This document shows positions 11,439 to 23,250 of a stretch of DNA of 64,000 nucleotides, in pieces. The stretch is taken from contig OZ024745.1 of NCBI GenBank assembly GCA_964016885.1, positions 74,276,001 through 74,340,000 of the forward strand, in the 5' to 3' direction. The DNA comes from Eledone cirrhosa. Taxonomy: Eukaryota. The position numbers were made by a program, and so were the translations under genes. How positions within the stretch are numbered: position 1 is the first letter of the stretch; every line of letters begins with the position of its first letter. Under the pieces are notes generated by a model, which saw only the letters and a program-made list of their open reading frames with translations, was not told the origin of the DNA and searched no databases.

Positions 11439-11759
11439 TGGCCTTGCAATCAAAAGGTTGTGAGTTCAATTCTCAGACCGGGTGATGTGTTGTTTCCTTG
11501 AGCAAGACACTTTATTTCACATTGCTCCAGTTTACTCAGCTGTAGAAATGAGATGATAGGGATTGGGGTCCATATCACTCCACTGCAAAGTGGTCGTGGA
11601 GGTGCCATGGCAAAAAAGCACCCAGCACTCACTGTAAATGAGGTTGGTGTTAGGAAGGGCATCCAGCTGTAGAAATCAAGCCAGAATCAGTTCCCGTCCC
11701 ACTCTTGCAAGCAGGGAAAAAGCGGACGTAAAATGAAATGATGATGAAATTATGATGAT
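11439..11759 (+). mobile_element. Chimeric SINE (family B head/core plus family C tail) inserted in the palindrome arm
   Basis: Splits TATTGACAT|ACCCTTAAA, which is contiguous in the other arms. Contains GAGTTCAATTC, CCTTGAGCAAGACACTT, GGAAGGGCATCCAGC and a GATGATG tail; near-identical partial copy at 25545-25788 (-). Confidence 0.88.
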
Positions 11760-11943
11760 ACCCTTAAAAAAGGCAACCGTTCTGGTTGGAATCTCCTGGA
11801 TAGTGGAGTTATTAGATTTTATTGTTGGTTTATAATAAACCAACAATAAATCTAATAACTCCACTATCCAGGAGATTCCAACCAGAATGGTTGCATTTTT
11901 TTAAGGGTATGTCAATATTTATTTATAAAACTAACCTATATTA

Positions 11944-12009
11944 TATTTTATCTGATGAAAGCACACCATAGTTTACCTTGGTGGCCCTTGAAATATGTAT
12001 AATGAAATA
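11944..12009 (+). ncRNA. Minimal type-I hammerhead ribozyme motif (right arm)
   Basis: Stem I UAUUUUAU/AUGAAAUA; CUGAUGA 11952-11958; stem II AAGCACACCA/UGGUGGCCCUU; GAAA 11990-11993; UAUGUA-UA; predicted cleavage after 12001. Confidence 0.82.
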
Positions 12010-12587
12010 ATATGGTTTTATAAATATAGTTTCCATTTGTTAATATATTGTATATTTATTCCAATAATTTGTTGAGTGCTTTATATCAGTTATAAAAATA
12101 TTTTGCTTGTTGTATCCCAACAAATTAAATATAACCTCTACATATATATATATATATAAATATGCATGCATGTTTATAAATATTGATATATACAGGCTAC
12201 ATCTGAGCTTGTAAGAAGAATATGAACAGAAAGGAAATTTCAGATCATTACAGTTCCAGCAAGGAATTAATGATTGAGCATAGTGTTTAGTATAGAAAAT
12301 GAGGATGGACCAAAATAAAGATGGTATGCAGATACCAAATTCAGAATAGTAGAATCCATTGTCATAATAGATTATAAATATTGATTTATTTCTATTATCC
12401 TCCCTTGGAAGTGTTGCTGGTAGGAAGAACCGTTGTTCTGTGGTGGATTGGAAAGTCTGTCCTGATGTGATGTCATGTAACATCAGGATTTCTTTGACAT
12501 CATCAATTCACTTCTTCCTTGGCTGGTCTCTGGCTTTACAACCAGACATCTTTATGTTATACTTACCATAATGTAATTCTCCTCTTC

Positions 12588-12715
12588 TATACCTAGCATA
12601 ATTTATCCCTACGTCTCTATATTTACCATAATTTATCCCTACGTCTCTGTATTTACCATAATTTATCCCTACGTCTCTGTATTTACCATAATTTATCCTT
12701 ATTCTTCTATACTTG
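12588..12715. repeat. 30-bp minisatellite TACCATAATTTATCCCTACGTCTCTGTATT, about 4 copies
   Basis: Direct tandem copies with 30-bp period, next to a decayed RTE-like fragment at about 12390-12590. Confidence 0.85.
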
Positions 12716-13082
12716 CCATGTTTTGGTCCTCCTACACTGCTTGCTAAATTGGTTTGACAGAAAAATGTTGGGCTCTTTTCTTCAGTTGATATATAAAATA
12801 AAGTAATAATTGAATTTGGTTAAAGCTATTGGGATACTCACATCTAGGTCATAAGTTCAAATCTTGCTGCAGGCATTGATTTGTGCCCATAGACAAGGCA
12901 AGATAAGATTTCTTACCATAGTCAAACTAGCTGAAAATATTTACCAGTTTCATTTCATGGTTGAATGAATTGTGTTAGAAAAGACATCGAACCATGAAAT
13001 GCCTGCTTCAGCAATTCATGTAAATATTCAAATTTGGAAAACCATTCATTCAATGCTACCACAGAAAAATTGATATGAAAAA

Positions 13083-13398
13083 TGTATTTGTGTATCTTTC
13101 TATGCATATTTGTGTATTTGTCTATGCATATATGTGTGTATATTTGTGTATGTGCCTGCATATATGTGTATGTATCTATGCATATATGTGTATATATTTG
13201 TGTATGTGTCTATGCATATCTGTGTGGATATTTGTGTATGTGTCTGCATATATGTGAGTATATTTTTGTATGTGTCTGCATATATGTGTGTAGATTTGTG
13301 TATGTATCTATGCATATGTGTATGTATAGTTGTGTATGTGTCTATGCATATATATCTGTGTATATTTGTATATGTGTCTATGCATATATGTGTGTATC
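13083..13398. repeat. ~26-28-bp TG-rich minisatellite (TATTTGTGTATGTGTCTATGCATATATGTG-like)
   Basis: Tandem copies read directly. Confidence 0.85.
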
Positions 13399-15397
13399 AC
13401 CCTGATGTATTCAAAACTAATCATTTATTCATCTCTAATCAATTTCTTTGAAAATATGAAAAGAATAAGTCATTTATTCCATATTACTTAATATTTGTTT
13501 TTCGCTTTTTGATGCTATTATTACATATGTTTATATAAATCTATAATTTCTGTATAACAAATCAGACACCAATTTGCTGATGAAATATTCTGCTGCATAA
13601 AACTCGAGTCACTAGAGAGAATAACTCTGTACCAGTGATTCTAATGTGGAGCACACACAGGGGAACAATTTGAATATTTAAGGGAAGCAATTTGAAAATG
13701 ATGTTAATGAGAACAAACTTCAGGTTTTACCTACTTACTTTTACACCAAGACAACTTTGGTACACATTACTCTTTAGTTACACAAATCTCTCTAGGGCTG
13801 CTACCATGATAAAATGTACTCATTACATTCTGTAAAGTTGTCAACATCAGGAAGCACATCCAGCCTTAGAAATCATGTCAAAAAGAGCAAAGAGAGCTCT
13901 TCAGCCACATCAAGGACATAATATTCTTTGTAATGATAGTGCTATGAAAGAATGCACTCAGTACACTCTGTAAAATTGTTGCTGTTAGGAATGGTGTTCA
14001 GCTATAAAAACCATACCAAAAATAGAACATATTGAGATGTGGTATCCTAACCACTCTAATGGGATACTAGCACCAATAAAATACTGGCCAGTTTTTTTAT
14101 TTTCTAGGAATTTGGTAATGTAAATGTTGATGTAATTGGGGATGTTGGTGAGTGCAATAATTTCTCTGGGCCCTAGCTCCTTTAGATGTATGCTTGTGAG
14201 TTTGTGCTAAAAAAGAATCATTAAGTGTAGCAGCAGTTGTTTAAAAAGAATTATTTTTATCAGTTTTATTTCACTTATTAAAGGAGCTCTTTTGCTTAAT
14301 TTTCATTATGTAATATTTTGTGTGTTTGTACTTTTTTTTTATATTTTACTTTATATGCAAATTTCTTTTCAAATAATTTGCTGAGAGTTTATTCTTTGAA
14401 AGCTGAGCTACAAAATATGAAAAGGTGGTTTATGAAACATACAAAAATATAAAATAAATGAAATAAACTTCTTTGAACTGAGTTAAATGATTGGAAACTT
14501 GGCTTGTTATCAGTTTAAACTTGAAACTAAGTAACATTACAGAGCTGAAGGTTATAGCTATTCACAAAGCATGGAATGATGCCATGGAATCTCTGCAGAG
14601 CTAATGCATTCATTGTCAGCTCTCACTTCAAGAAGACCAGCTGTGTGTATTGCACACAATCTCACACCAATATCTGTGCATTATTAGAAAGAACTGATAT
14701 ATTGTTTTGTATTGTGTGTTTGTGTTATAATTGGCACCCTGTCTCATTAAAATATCCAAGAAAGCTATGATGCAACCTCATAGATGGCCAGCTAAATTCA
14801 CATAGGTGGGAGCTGTAGCAACAATTATATATATGGGCCTCAAAACCTAAGGTCGCGCATACATGTTAAGTGTATGAAATGTTATTTATATTAAATAAGC
14901 TCTCTTGCAATAGATTGAGGATTGTTTTCCTTAACTGTTTACCTATGGATATCCTGCAGTATTGAGTACTTTGGTGCGTTATGGATATACCCTAAGTATT
15001 GAGTACTTTGGTGCGTTATGGTCCACCTGGTTCCTTATCACATTTCCTTCGTTATATATATATATATATATATATATCATCATCATCATCATCATCATCA
15101 TCGTTTAATGTCCATCTTCCATGCTATCCCATATATGTATGTATGTATATGAATGTATATATTTATGTGTGTGTGTTTGTATATATGTATATATATACTT
15201 TATTAAGGCCAAGTTTAAGTTTTCTTACTCTGGTGTTTCTCCTGTGCACTCAGTCATTATTCCAGTGAGTACACAAAGTAACAAATTCTGCCTAAATAAA
15301 GAATATATTTATCTTTATTATCCTATTGAGTACTCATTCTTGTGACCACCAATACAAAGCAAATATCATTTTATGTTCATTTTCCATGCTTGCATGG

Positions 15398-15450
<53 letters not shown>

Positions 15451-15909
15451 AATTCATATTTATATATATGTATAATATACTTATATATATATATATGGAA
15501 ACATGATAATCACTGATGATGTCATAGATATGTGTGAAAGAACTTTGAGAAACTATATTTATATTTATATTTTTAGCAGTTAATCAATCAATGATGAACA
15601 TTGATTGCCAGCTAAATTATTTATAGGAATATAAAAATATACTGAAGCAAAAACCAAACCAAACAGTGTGTTTTACTATATTTTTCTGGCAATATTAGGA
15701 CAACATGACCCTCCCCAAATATAACTAAATGAAAAATAGATTTAAACCATAACTAAACATATTTTCTGTGTTATAGGGAAACTGTAATTTTAATTTTTCT
15801 TTTTTATAGTGGAAAATATCTTATAACACCTTTAGTATTTTTTGTCGGATCTGATGATTTTTATGATTGTTTTCCATACTAAATCTTGAAGCTAGAGGTT
15901 GACTGACAT

Positions 15910-16245
15910 ACTCTTGTGTCCCAAATAGTAGTTGGGGGAATAAGCGAGGGAGCTGGAATAAGTGGAGGGGGGGGGGGGGGTGAAAAATCAGTAATTTTTC
16001 TTGGTTCTCTCTGTTGAATTTTTTTTTTTAAACCAGGATTAGTTGTTTAGCTTACATATTGAGACCCCAACCCATCCTATTTATTTTATAACATATAAGA
16101 TTTCTAGTAATGTACTTTTTTTGTCATGCATAATGTTTTTAATGTCTAAAGAAAATTAAAATAAAATTTCGCCAGAGATAGATTAGCAAAATTTAAATAA
16201 GCATCGGGGTTAGAAAAATTCTGAAAAATGAATAGACGGTGATGT
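15910..16245 (+). mobile_element. Non-autonomous DNA transposon or MITE, decayed (second copy at 42665-43012)
   Basis: Shares GGAATAAG...AAAATCAGTAATTTTTCT...CCCAACCCATCCTAT...GCCAGAGATAGATTAGCAAAAT with 42665-43012; remnant ends TACTCTTGTGTCCCAAATAGT here and ACTATTCAAGATTGGAGAATA in the other copy. Confidence 0.7.
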
Positions 16246-16630
16246 GATATAATCAATCAAATCTGTTGATTATAAATTATTGTAATGACAATCCTTTTTC
16301 CAAGCACAATGATTTATTGGGCCATTGCTCACTTCTAGTTTGTTTCTTTCAAAGATGGTAATCAATATTGTAGAATCATTCTATTCAGATATCTTATATA
16401 AGACATCTTATATGCTTAGTGTAAGTGAATGGGGGAGCAACAGTACTCATATTTTGTTGCAGACCTTTCTAGAATACTGACATTGATGATGTTCGTATTC
16501 AGTTTGAACTTTTGAAGGTGATGTTTGCAGGAAAAGCATGGGCATGGAAGAAATGTGGATGGTAGTAATTTTTATGAGGAATGGTTGGGGAGGTGTTTAC
16601 AGAGTACTATGGGAGGTGAGATATAATTAA

Positions 16631-16863
16631 CCCTTTCATTACTATATTTCTAATGAAAGACACTGCCTGTAATGATTTTCATAATAATCAAGAATTTGAA
16701 GGGATTAAAAAAGATATCTCATTATTAAGCTGCTGTTGTCCGGAACAAAAAGTTCTTACATAAAATTATGATGTAAGATTTGTATATAAATATAAGCACT
16801 TTAAAATAAATAGCTTTGTGAAATAGAATCAGGGCATTTTCAGGTGGTTTGGTATCAAAAGGG
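16631..16863. mobile_element. piggyBac-like MITE (TTAA TSD)
   Basis: TTAA|CCCTTTCATTAC ... GTATCAAAAGGG|TTAA; related copies at 49397-49858 (interrupted) and about 40755-40830 (partial). Confidence 0.8.
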
Positions 16864-18049
16864 TTAAGGTAACAGAAAGTGGAGAAACAGACTAGTCCCT
16901 GAATGGAGAATATTATGTAGCAAGCCAGTCAGTATTAATAAAGGAAGAAAAGATAGGAAACTGTACGTCTATGAACCAGTAATGACAGTGTGTTGGTGAG
17001 TAAACCAATCAGTCAATCAACTGAATGGATGCAGTCAAGGATGATATGTATGTGTGCATGCACACGTGCTCAGTTGTATTTGTACATATACCATAAAATC
17101 TCTTGGCTCTACTTGTTTACACTGTTGTCACATTGTATTCTGTTTCCATCCAGAGTTTTACATCAGATCTTCCATCGGTTTAATATTTCCACTAATTTGT
17201 AGGTTTTTGCATGACTTGTTCAAGCAAATTAGTTGCCTTCCCTTTCTATTTGTTTTATTTATTAATTTATTACTTAGCTGCAAAGCTATCAATGTTCAGT
17301 AATGTTAATCCACCTATGAAACCAGAGCATTAACTATTTATTCTAAAAGGCTTTTTTCATGCACACGCTCATTCACACACTCATGCATACTATTTTACTG
17401 GTTTCAGTCATTGGCCTGTGGCCATGCTTCAAGGTTTAACCTATCATATCAACCCCAGTATTCATTCATTCCAGTCTGGTACTTATTTTAGCAATCTTTC
17501 TTTGTTGAACTGATAAAGGGAACAACACTGGTTTTTAGACTGTAAACAGAAACACACACAAATACAATGTATACACACACACACATACACACACACTCAC
17601 ATATATATATGTGTGTGTGTGTATACACATACACAATGGGCTTCTACACTACACAGTTCCTATCTGCCAAATTCCATTCACAAGGCATTGGTTAACTTGA
17701 GGCTATGGTAAAAGTAACTTGACCTCTAATTCCATAATATACAACATAATAGTCATTAAAGTATTTGCAGTCTGGTTTAAGTAGCAATTTGTATACCACT
17801 CCAAGAAAGCTTTCATGGTATATTACTTAATTTTATTTCTAATTTGATTAATCCCTATCAGAGATATGAAGGGTTTATATCAACTCTTTGGGGAAATTCC
17901 TTAAATGGGCTAGATAGTTCTTACTCAAATTAGTGGTTTTATACTTTAATATACGCACATACACATACACACTTTCTCACACACACTCTCTTGCACACAT
18001 ACACACACTTTCATTCTTTCTCTCACACTTCCATTCTCTCCTTCATTTC

Positions 18050-18051
<2 letters not shown>

Positions 18052-18146
<95 letters not shown>
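18052..18146. repeat. (CT)n-(CA)n microsatellite
   Basis: Direct reading. Confidence 0.98.
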
Positions 18147-18328
18147 TTTCCTTTTCTTTCATTTTCTCCCACTACTCTTTCACTTCCCTTCTCTATCCCC
18201 CTTTTGTTTTACTCTAATATATATAGGAATCTAGTTATTAATTCATAATTTCATTTCTTAGAGTGATGGGGATCGTGTAAAAGAAAAAAAAACATGTTTT
18301 AAAATACCTAGTTTTACGTCTCATCTTA

Positions 18329-18728
18329 CCATCATCAATACTATTTAACATCCATTTGTCCATGTTAGCATGGGTTAGACGAGTTGTTCCATTGTGAGAC
18401 AGGCCAGGTCAGATGGTCATGTCTTGCTGATAAAGAATTTATTTTGGCTTGGTTTCTATAGTTGGATGCCGTTCCTAACGCCAACCACATTTACAGTGTG
18501 TACTGGATGCTTTTTTTCATGACATCAACCCAACCACTTTACAGTGTGGACTGGGTGCTTTTTGTCATGACACCTACATAACCACTTACAGTGTGGACTG
18601 AGTGCTTTTTGCCATATCACCTATACGACCACACTACTGCGTGGGCTGGTTGCTTTTTGTCATATCACCAACGTGACTACTTTACAGTGTGGACTGGGTG
18701 TTATTTTTCATGATACCAACACAACCAT
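18329..18728 (-). mobile_element. SINE family C with about 6 internal ~41-bp repeats
   Basis: CAT tail, CATGTTAGCATGGGTTAGAC, GGATGCCGTTCCTAACGCCAACC, then repeated ACCACTTTACAGTGTGGACTGGGTGCTTTTTGTCAT. Confidence 0.88.
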
Positions 18729-21700
18729 CTATAAATATGCATACATCACTTTAACTTGATCTATCTTTAATTAGTATTGTCTAGAACATGTATGTTAGTT
18801 TTTCTCTATGTAGGTGTATCATGTTTAATCTTATATAGAATAAATAAAAAATGGGATATTAATTCATGCAGTTCTTGTTATTGATAAACCCTGTTCCATT
18901 GCTTAATCATTTCTAAACATTTGAAATATCATTAATTTCACTACAAATTATATTCTTGAAGGCAGTGCACCAGCATGGCCACAGTTCAAAGACTGAAACC
19001 AGTAAAAATGAATGTCTATTTTCTTTTAATGTTTTTACATAAATTTTAAAATAATACAATTTAATTTAAATTCATCACAAAAGAAAATGGGAATATATTC
19101 TCGTTTCCTATCTTCTTGTAGACAGCAGCTAGTTACGCCCCTTACATTTTTATACTCATTTTAGTCACACATTTGCAAACTTTACTCAGTATATTTTCTT
19201 CTCTTTCTACTCTCCTTGTTCTATAGTTTCATTTCAAAATAGCTCTTTATTCTAAAGTGCCTCACATGCAATACTTATAGTGCAAGTTTGCTTTTCCTAC
19301 AAGCATTTCAATTCAAGCTTCTTGCACTCTTGACATTCATTCCATCTACCACCATATAACTGTGACCACATATAAGTGACATCATGTTGTATGATAATAA
19401 ATCACTATTCTCTAGGTGGTTTAGTTGTATTATATTTTTAGACTTGGGCAAAAGCTGTTTCACCTCAGGTGTTTAGTTTGTTTTTTTTCCCTTCATTTTG
19501 GGAAAACTTGCTCACCATCACCACTAATACAATAAACAATAATAAACAGCAGTAGAATACTGCAGTGAAGTGAATAAATAAATAAATGGGTAGCCAATCT
19601 ATTGTGTGGGTTTTGTGTAAAACCTGCCATTTCTTTTGTCTGTCTAATAATACCATTTTAATTGGAACTTTCACAGCGCTCTGTTCTGGTATTTTGGACA
19701 CCATACCATTCCTCTTCGTGCTTCTATATGTTTTTAGACATGGTTTTCTTTCATTTCTTCTTTATGTTTACCATTGTTTGTTTATTTATTTAGATGTGTG
19801 GTTTAATGTATATATGTTGTATTTTCAAAGATGTATATATAAATGTACACACACAGTCATATGCACACAGACACATGTGCAAACACACGCACATATGTAT
19901 ATATATAGTGTGTGTATCTGTTATTTGTGTGTAAAAGTGTTATATTTTTTTAATGTTTTATATGTAATGCTTGTTGTGTATATATATTTTGTTTTAAATC
20001 AGAAAAATTGTATTGTTTCCATTTGGCTATAAGGGAAAATTTTATTTAAATATGGAAGCTTCTGCCAAGAAATATAATTATTTCAGATTTGGTTTTCCTT
20101 CTATTAATATTTCTCTTCTTTTTTTTCTACAATTTCTATTGGGTTTATACGAAAACTGTTTTTAGTAGTAAAATACTGTTCTTTCCTGTATATTAGTAAC
20201 TAACGGGTTTTTTCCACTGCATTAACTGGAAGAAAATCAGTTGGTGTACTAGAAATAATAATGTACTAAAAAAATACCCATTGACTTTTCTACCAAAATA
20301 TGAAGCTTAGAGTGTCACTACTATTTCAAACATTACTCCCTGAAGAATTTCTGGTAGTAATTTTATGAAACTTGAAACAATGACAATTTCAGTTAACTTA
20401 CTCTGATTTCTGAAATATTAACTCAATTCATTGAGACACAAATAATCTTGTTTGTAATTTGTTGTTGAAGGTCGTAAGTTGACAGAATCATTAAGGTGTT
20501 AGGTTAAAAACATCTCTATTTTTTCCAAAATACTGTGGCCCTGCATTGAAATCCCATCAAAGTCAACTTTGTCTTGCATCCTTTTGAGGCTGGAAAGTAA
20601 ACCATTTGTCCAATACTGGGGTCAATTCTTTCTCTATTTCACTTCATTAATTTCTCTTTCTGTTTCTCTTCTATCACTAGAAGACATCAACTGTATTACA
20701 ACTGGGAGAGAGAGATGGGCCCCACTAAGTTTTAAATGCCATGTCTCAGGAATGCACCCCTATTACTCCATCAATAATTAAGGGACCATTTTTTTTCAAT
20801 TTAGTATTGAGAAGAGGAAAGAATTGATATAATCCATGCTGAATCTGATAATGTTCTTAGTTCTGAGCCAGATTTCTGGCTCAGAACTAAAAACATAAAA
20901 TAATGTAACAATAAGAACCAGTATTGATATTATATATTTTCTATAGTTCTATAATAAATATGTCTTGGTAGTCTTCATTATAATATTTTGATCAACAAAA
21001 ATAATTGATTCTCTTACCAACTTAAAAGCATTCTGCTACCAAATATAGTATTGTAGATTTTCTTTTAAATAAACTCAAGCAGCATTATTGGTGCCATCTT
21101 CAATAAAGAAAACATTATTGTTGCCATCATCAATACACATTTGTAATGCATCAATTTTGATTTTTTTTTTCTTTAAAATCTTTCTAATATATGAAAAACA
21201 TCATAGACTTTGGGTATTACTTTTGATACGACTTAATCTAGACTTGCAGAGCTAACTGTGGGGTCTATTTAGCAAATATCAACCTTGTTCTAGTAACCAA
21301 AGCCTCATGACATTGACTCTATTAAGTATCAATCTCAATCTCTGACATAGTCAGTATGGTAATTGCCAACCTTCACTCAATAACCATGTTATGGTCCATC
21401 TTTTTGTTTTCTTTTTCTCTTTGTTTAGAGGATAGTATATCCAGAACTAGTCAAATGACTCCATGATTTTTTTAATATTCTATGTGTGATTTACAAAAGA
21501 TTTGGCTGCTATTTCTAGCTGGTTGAATTATTACACAGTTTCTTGTGTTGGTTTTTGGCAAAAATATTGATAGCGATTAAGGTAGGAACACTCAAAGTTC
21601 CCCACAGATCTTTGTCTTTTGTAGCATTTCCCTTGTTCATTTAGATAGTATTTAATCATATAACAAATACTTCTGTCTGGATGCTAGGCCAGTTTTTTTC

Positions 21701-23066
21701 ATGAAGTGATGACCAATGTGAGCCTTACTTAATATATATGTCATTCATACCAAACAAGTGAGAGTAAAGATAAACCAGCTATTTGAATTCAGACCACTAA
21801 GTCATAGATTGAGATACTGTATAGCTTTTAAGTTTGACTTGCTACTAACTGTGTCAACCCCCTTCCACCTCTCTTCAAATAACATATCACAGATTATTGA
21901 TATGTTGTCACGGATTAGCTTCATGGGTTAATTTTCTGGGGTTTTGTTAAATAGCTTATAAATACAATCCTATTTGAAGTCATGTGTTCTGTTAGGGCAT
22001 AGGGTTGTTAGCCAACAGTATCCCTCTACCACGGGAGCTATGGTAACCAAAAGCTGGGAGCATGAGACTTGATATATAGTATAATTTTCTGAAAAAAAAT
22101 ATTACAAAATCCTTATGATTTTCTTTCCTGTTCTATTCTCAGTTTTCTGTATGTAATGTAAAACCAAGCTTGTGGCATCTTTACAAGTCATACTGGCACC
22201 TAATAGTAGAACTTGTGATAAAGATGATTTTGACAATGTAGAATAGTGGGTGTCCTTTTGTGGGGCCAGGAAATAAAAAAAAAAATGAAAGCATATTATG
22301 TTAGGGTCCATTTCAGTGCTAAGTTGTTGTAGTTTAGCACCAGTTCAGCTCTGATTAAACAGACCTATAATCAAAGGTGTTTAAGCTTTGACAAACATAT
22401 CTTATTTATTTAGGACCACAATATCCTGTGTCCTTTCTTTTTAAGATAGTAGAATGTGATTTGAGGGAGAGTTCACAGCTATTTCTAGTAAATTGAGTGA
22501 TCATGCAGAAGTCCTCTCATTGATTTTGTAGCTAACATTGTTATCCATTCTGGATTAATATATGGGAGTGAGGTGATAGGGGGCTGGGTTGATCTTTGTA
22601 GTTTTGTAGTGAATTAATTATTGTGATGATTATAGTAAGCTGATGACGTTGGATGGAATTTAGTCTATTATGACATGAGAGTTATCCAGCGTTCACCTTT
22701 TCTATTATCATGTGATGGTGCCTTACTAAAGAACCTCATTCTGTGATAATGTCAGGTTACAAGACTAATAATTTATTCTTTGAATATTGCTGTAATCCAG
22801 GAGACTATGACTATGTAGTAGGTTATTGTTGGTGGTGGTGGTGGTGAAGAAAGGCCCTAGTTGGATGTTGTTTGCAAGTATAGTGGATTGATATCCAAAT
22901 AGTGTGTAATGGGAATATATTGAAAAATAATGCTTAGAGAGTGAGATGATATTATACATTGTAATTGTAAATTGTACTATAGAAGTAAATCTATTGTTGT
23001 GTTATAAATTTTACTGAAAGCATTTCACATTGAAGTTTGTGATAATATACATGAAGTAATATTATT

Positions 23067-23250
23067 TTGGCAGTATCGGTAGAGGGTCGGATGCCATGCT
23101 TTGAAGCATAGAGTTACCTCCCTGTATGATCTGAGTTCAAATCCCGCCGAGGTTAACTTTGCCTTTCATCCTTCCGGGGTCGATAGAATAAAGTACCAGT
23201 AATGCACTGGGTAATTGCTGGCCTTGTGCCTAAAGTAGAAACAATATTAT
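23067..23250 (+). mobile_element. SINE family A
   Basis: A-box TGGCAGTATCGG, B-box GAGTTCAAATCC, core and tail as at 8179. Confidence 0.9.

Larger units (their letters stand above)
11291..12141. mobile_element. Fold-back (palindromic) hammerhead-bearing element, Penelope-pLTR-like, interrupted by a SINE
   Basis: 11291-11438 plus 11760-11833 is the reverse complement of 11835-12055, with a 1-nt centre at 11834. The right arm continues to 12141. Flanked by (TA)n; homologous to 45546-46668. Confidence 0.9.
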
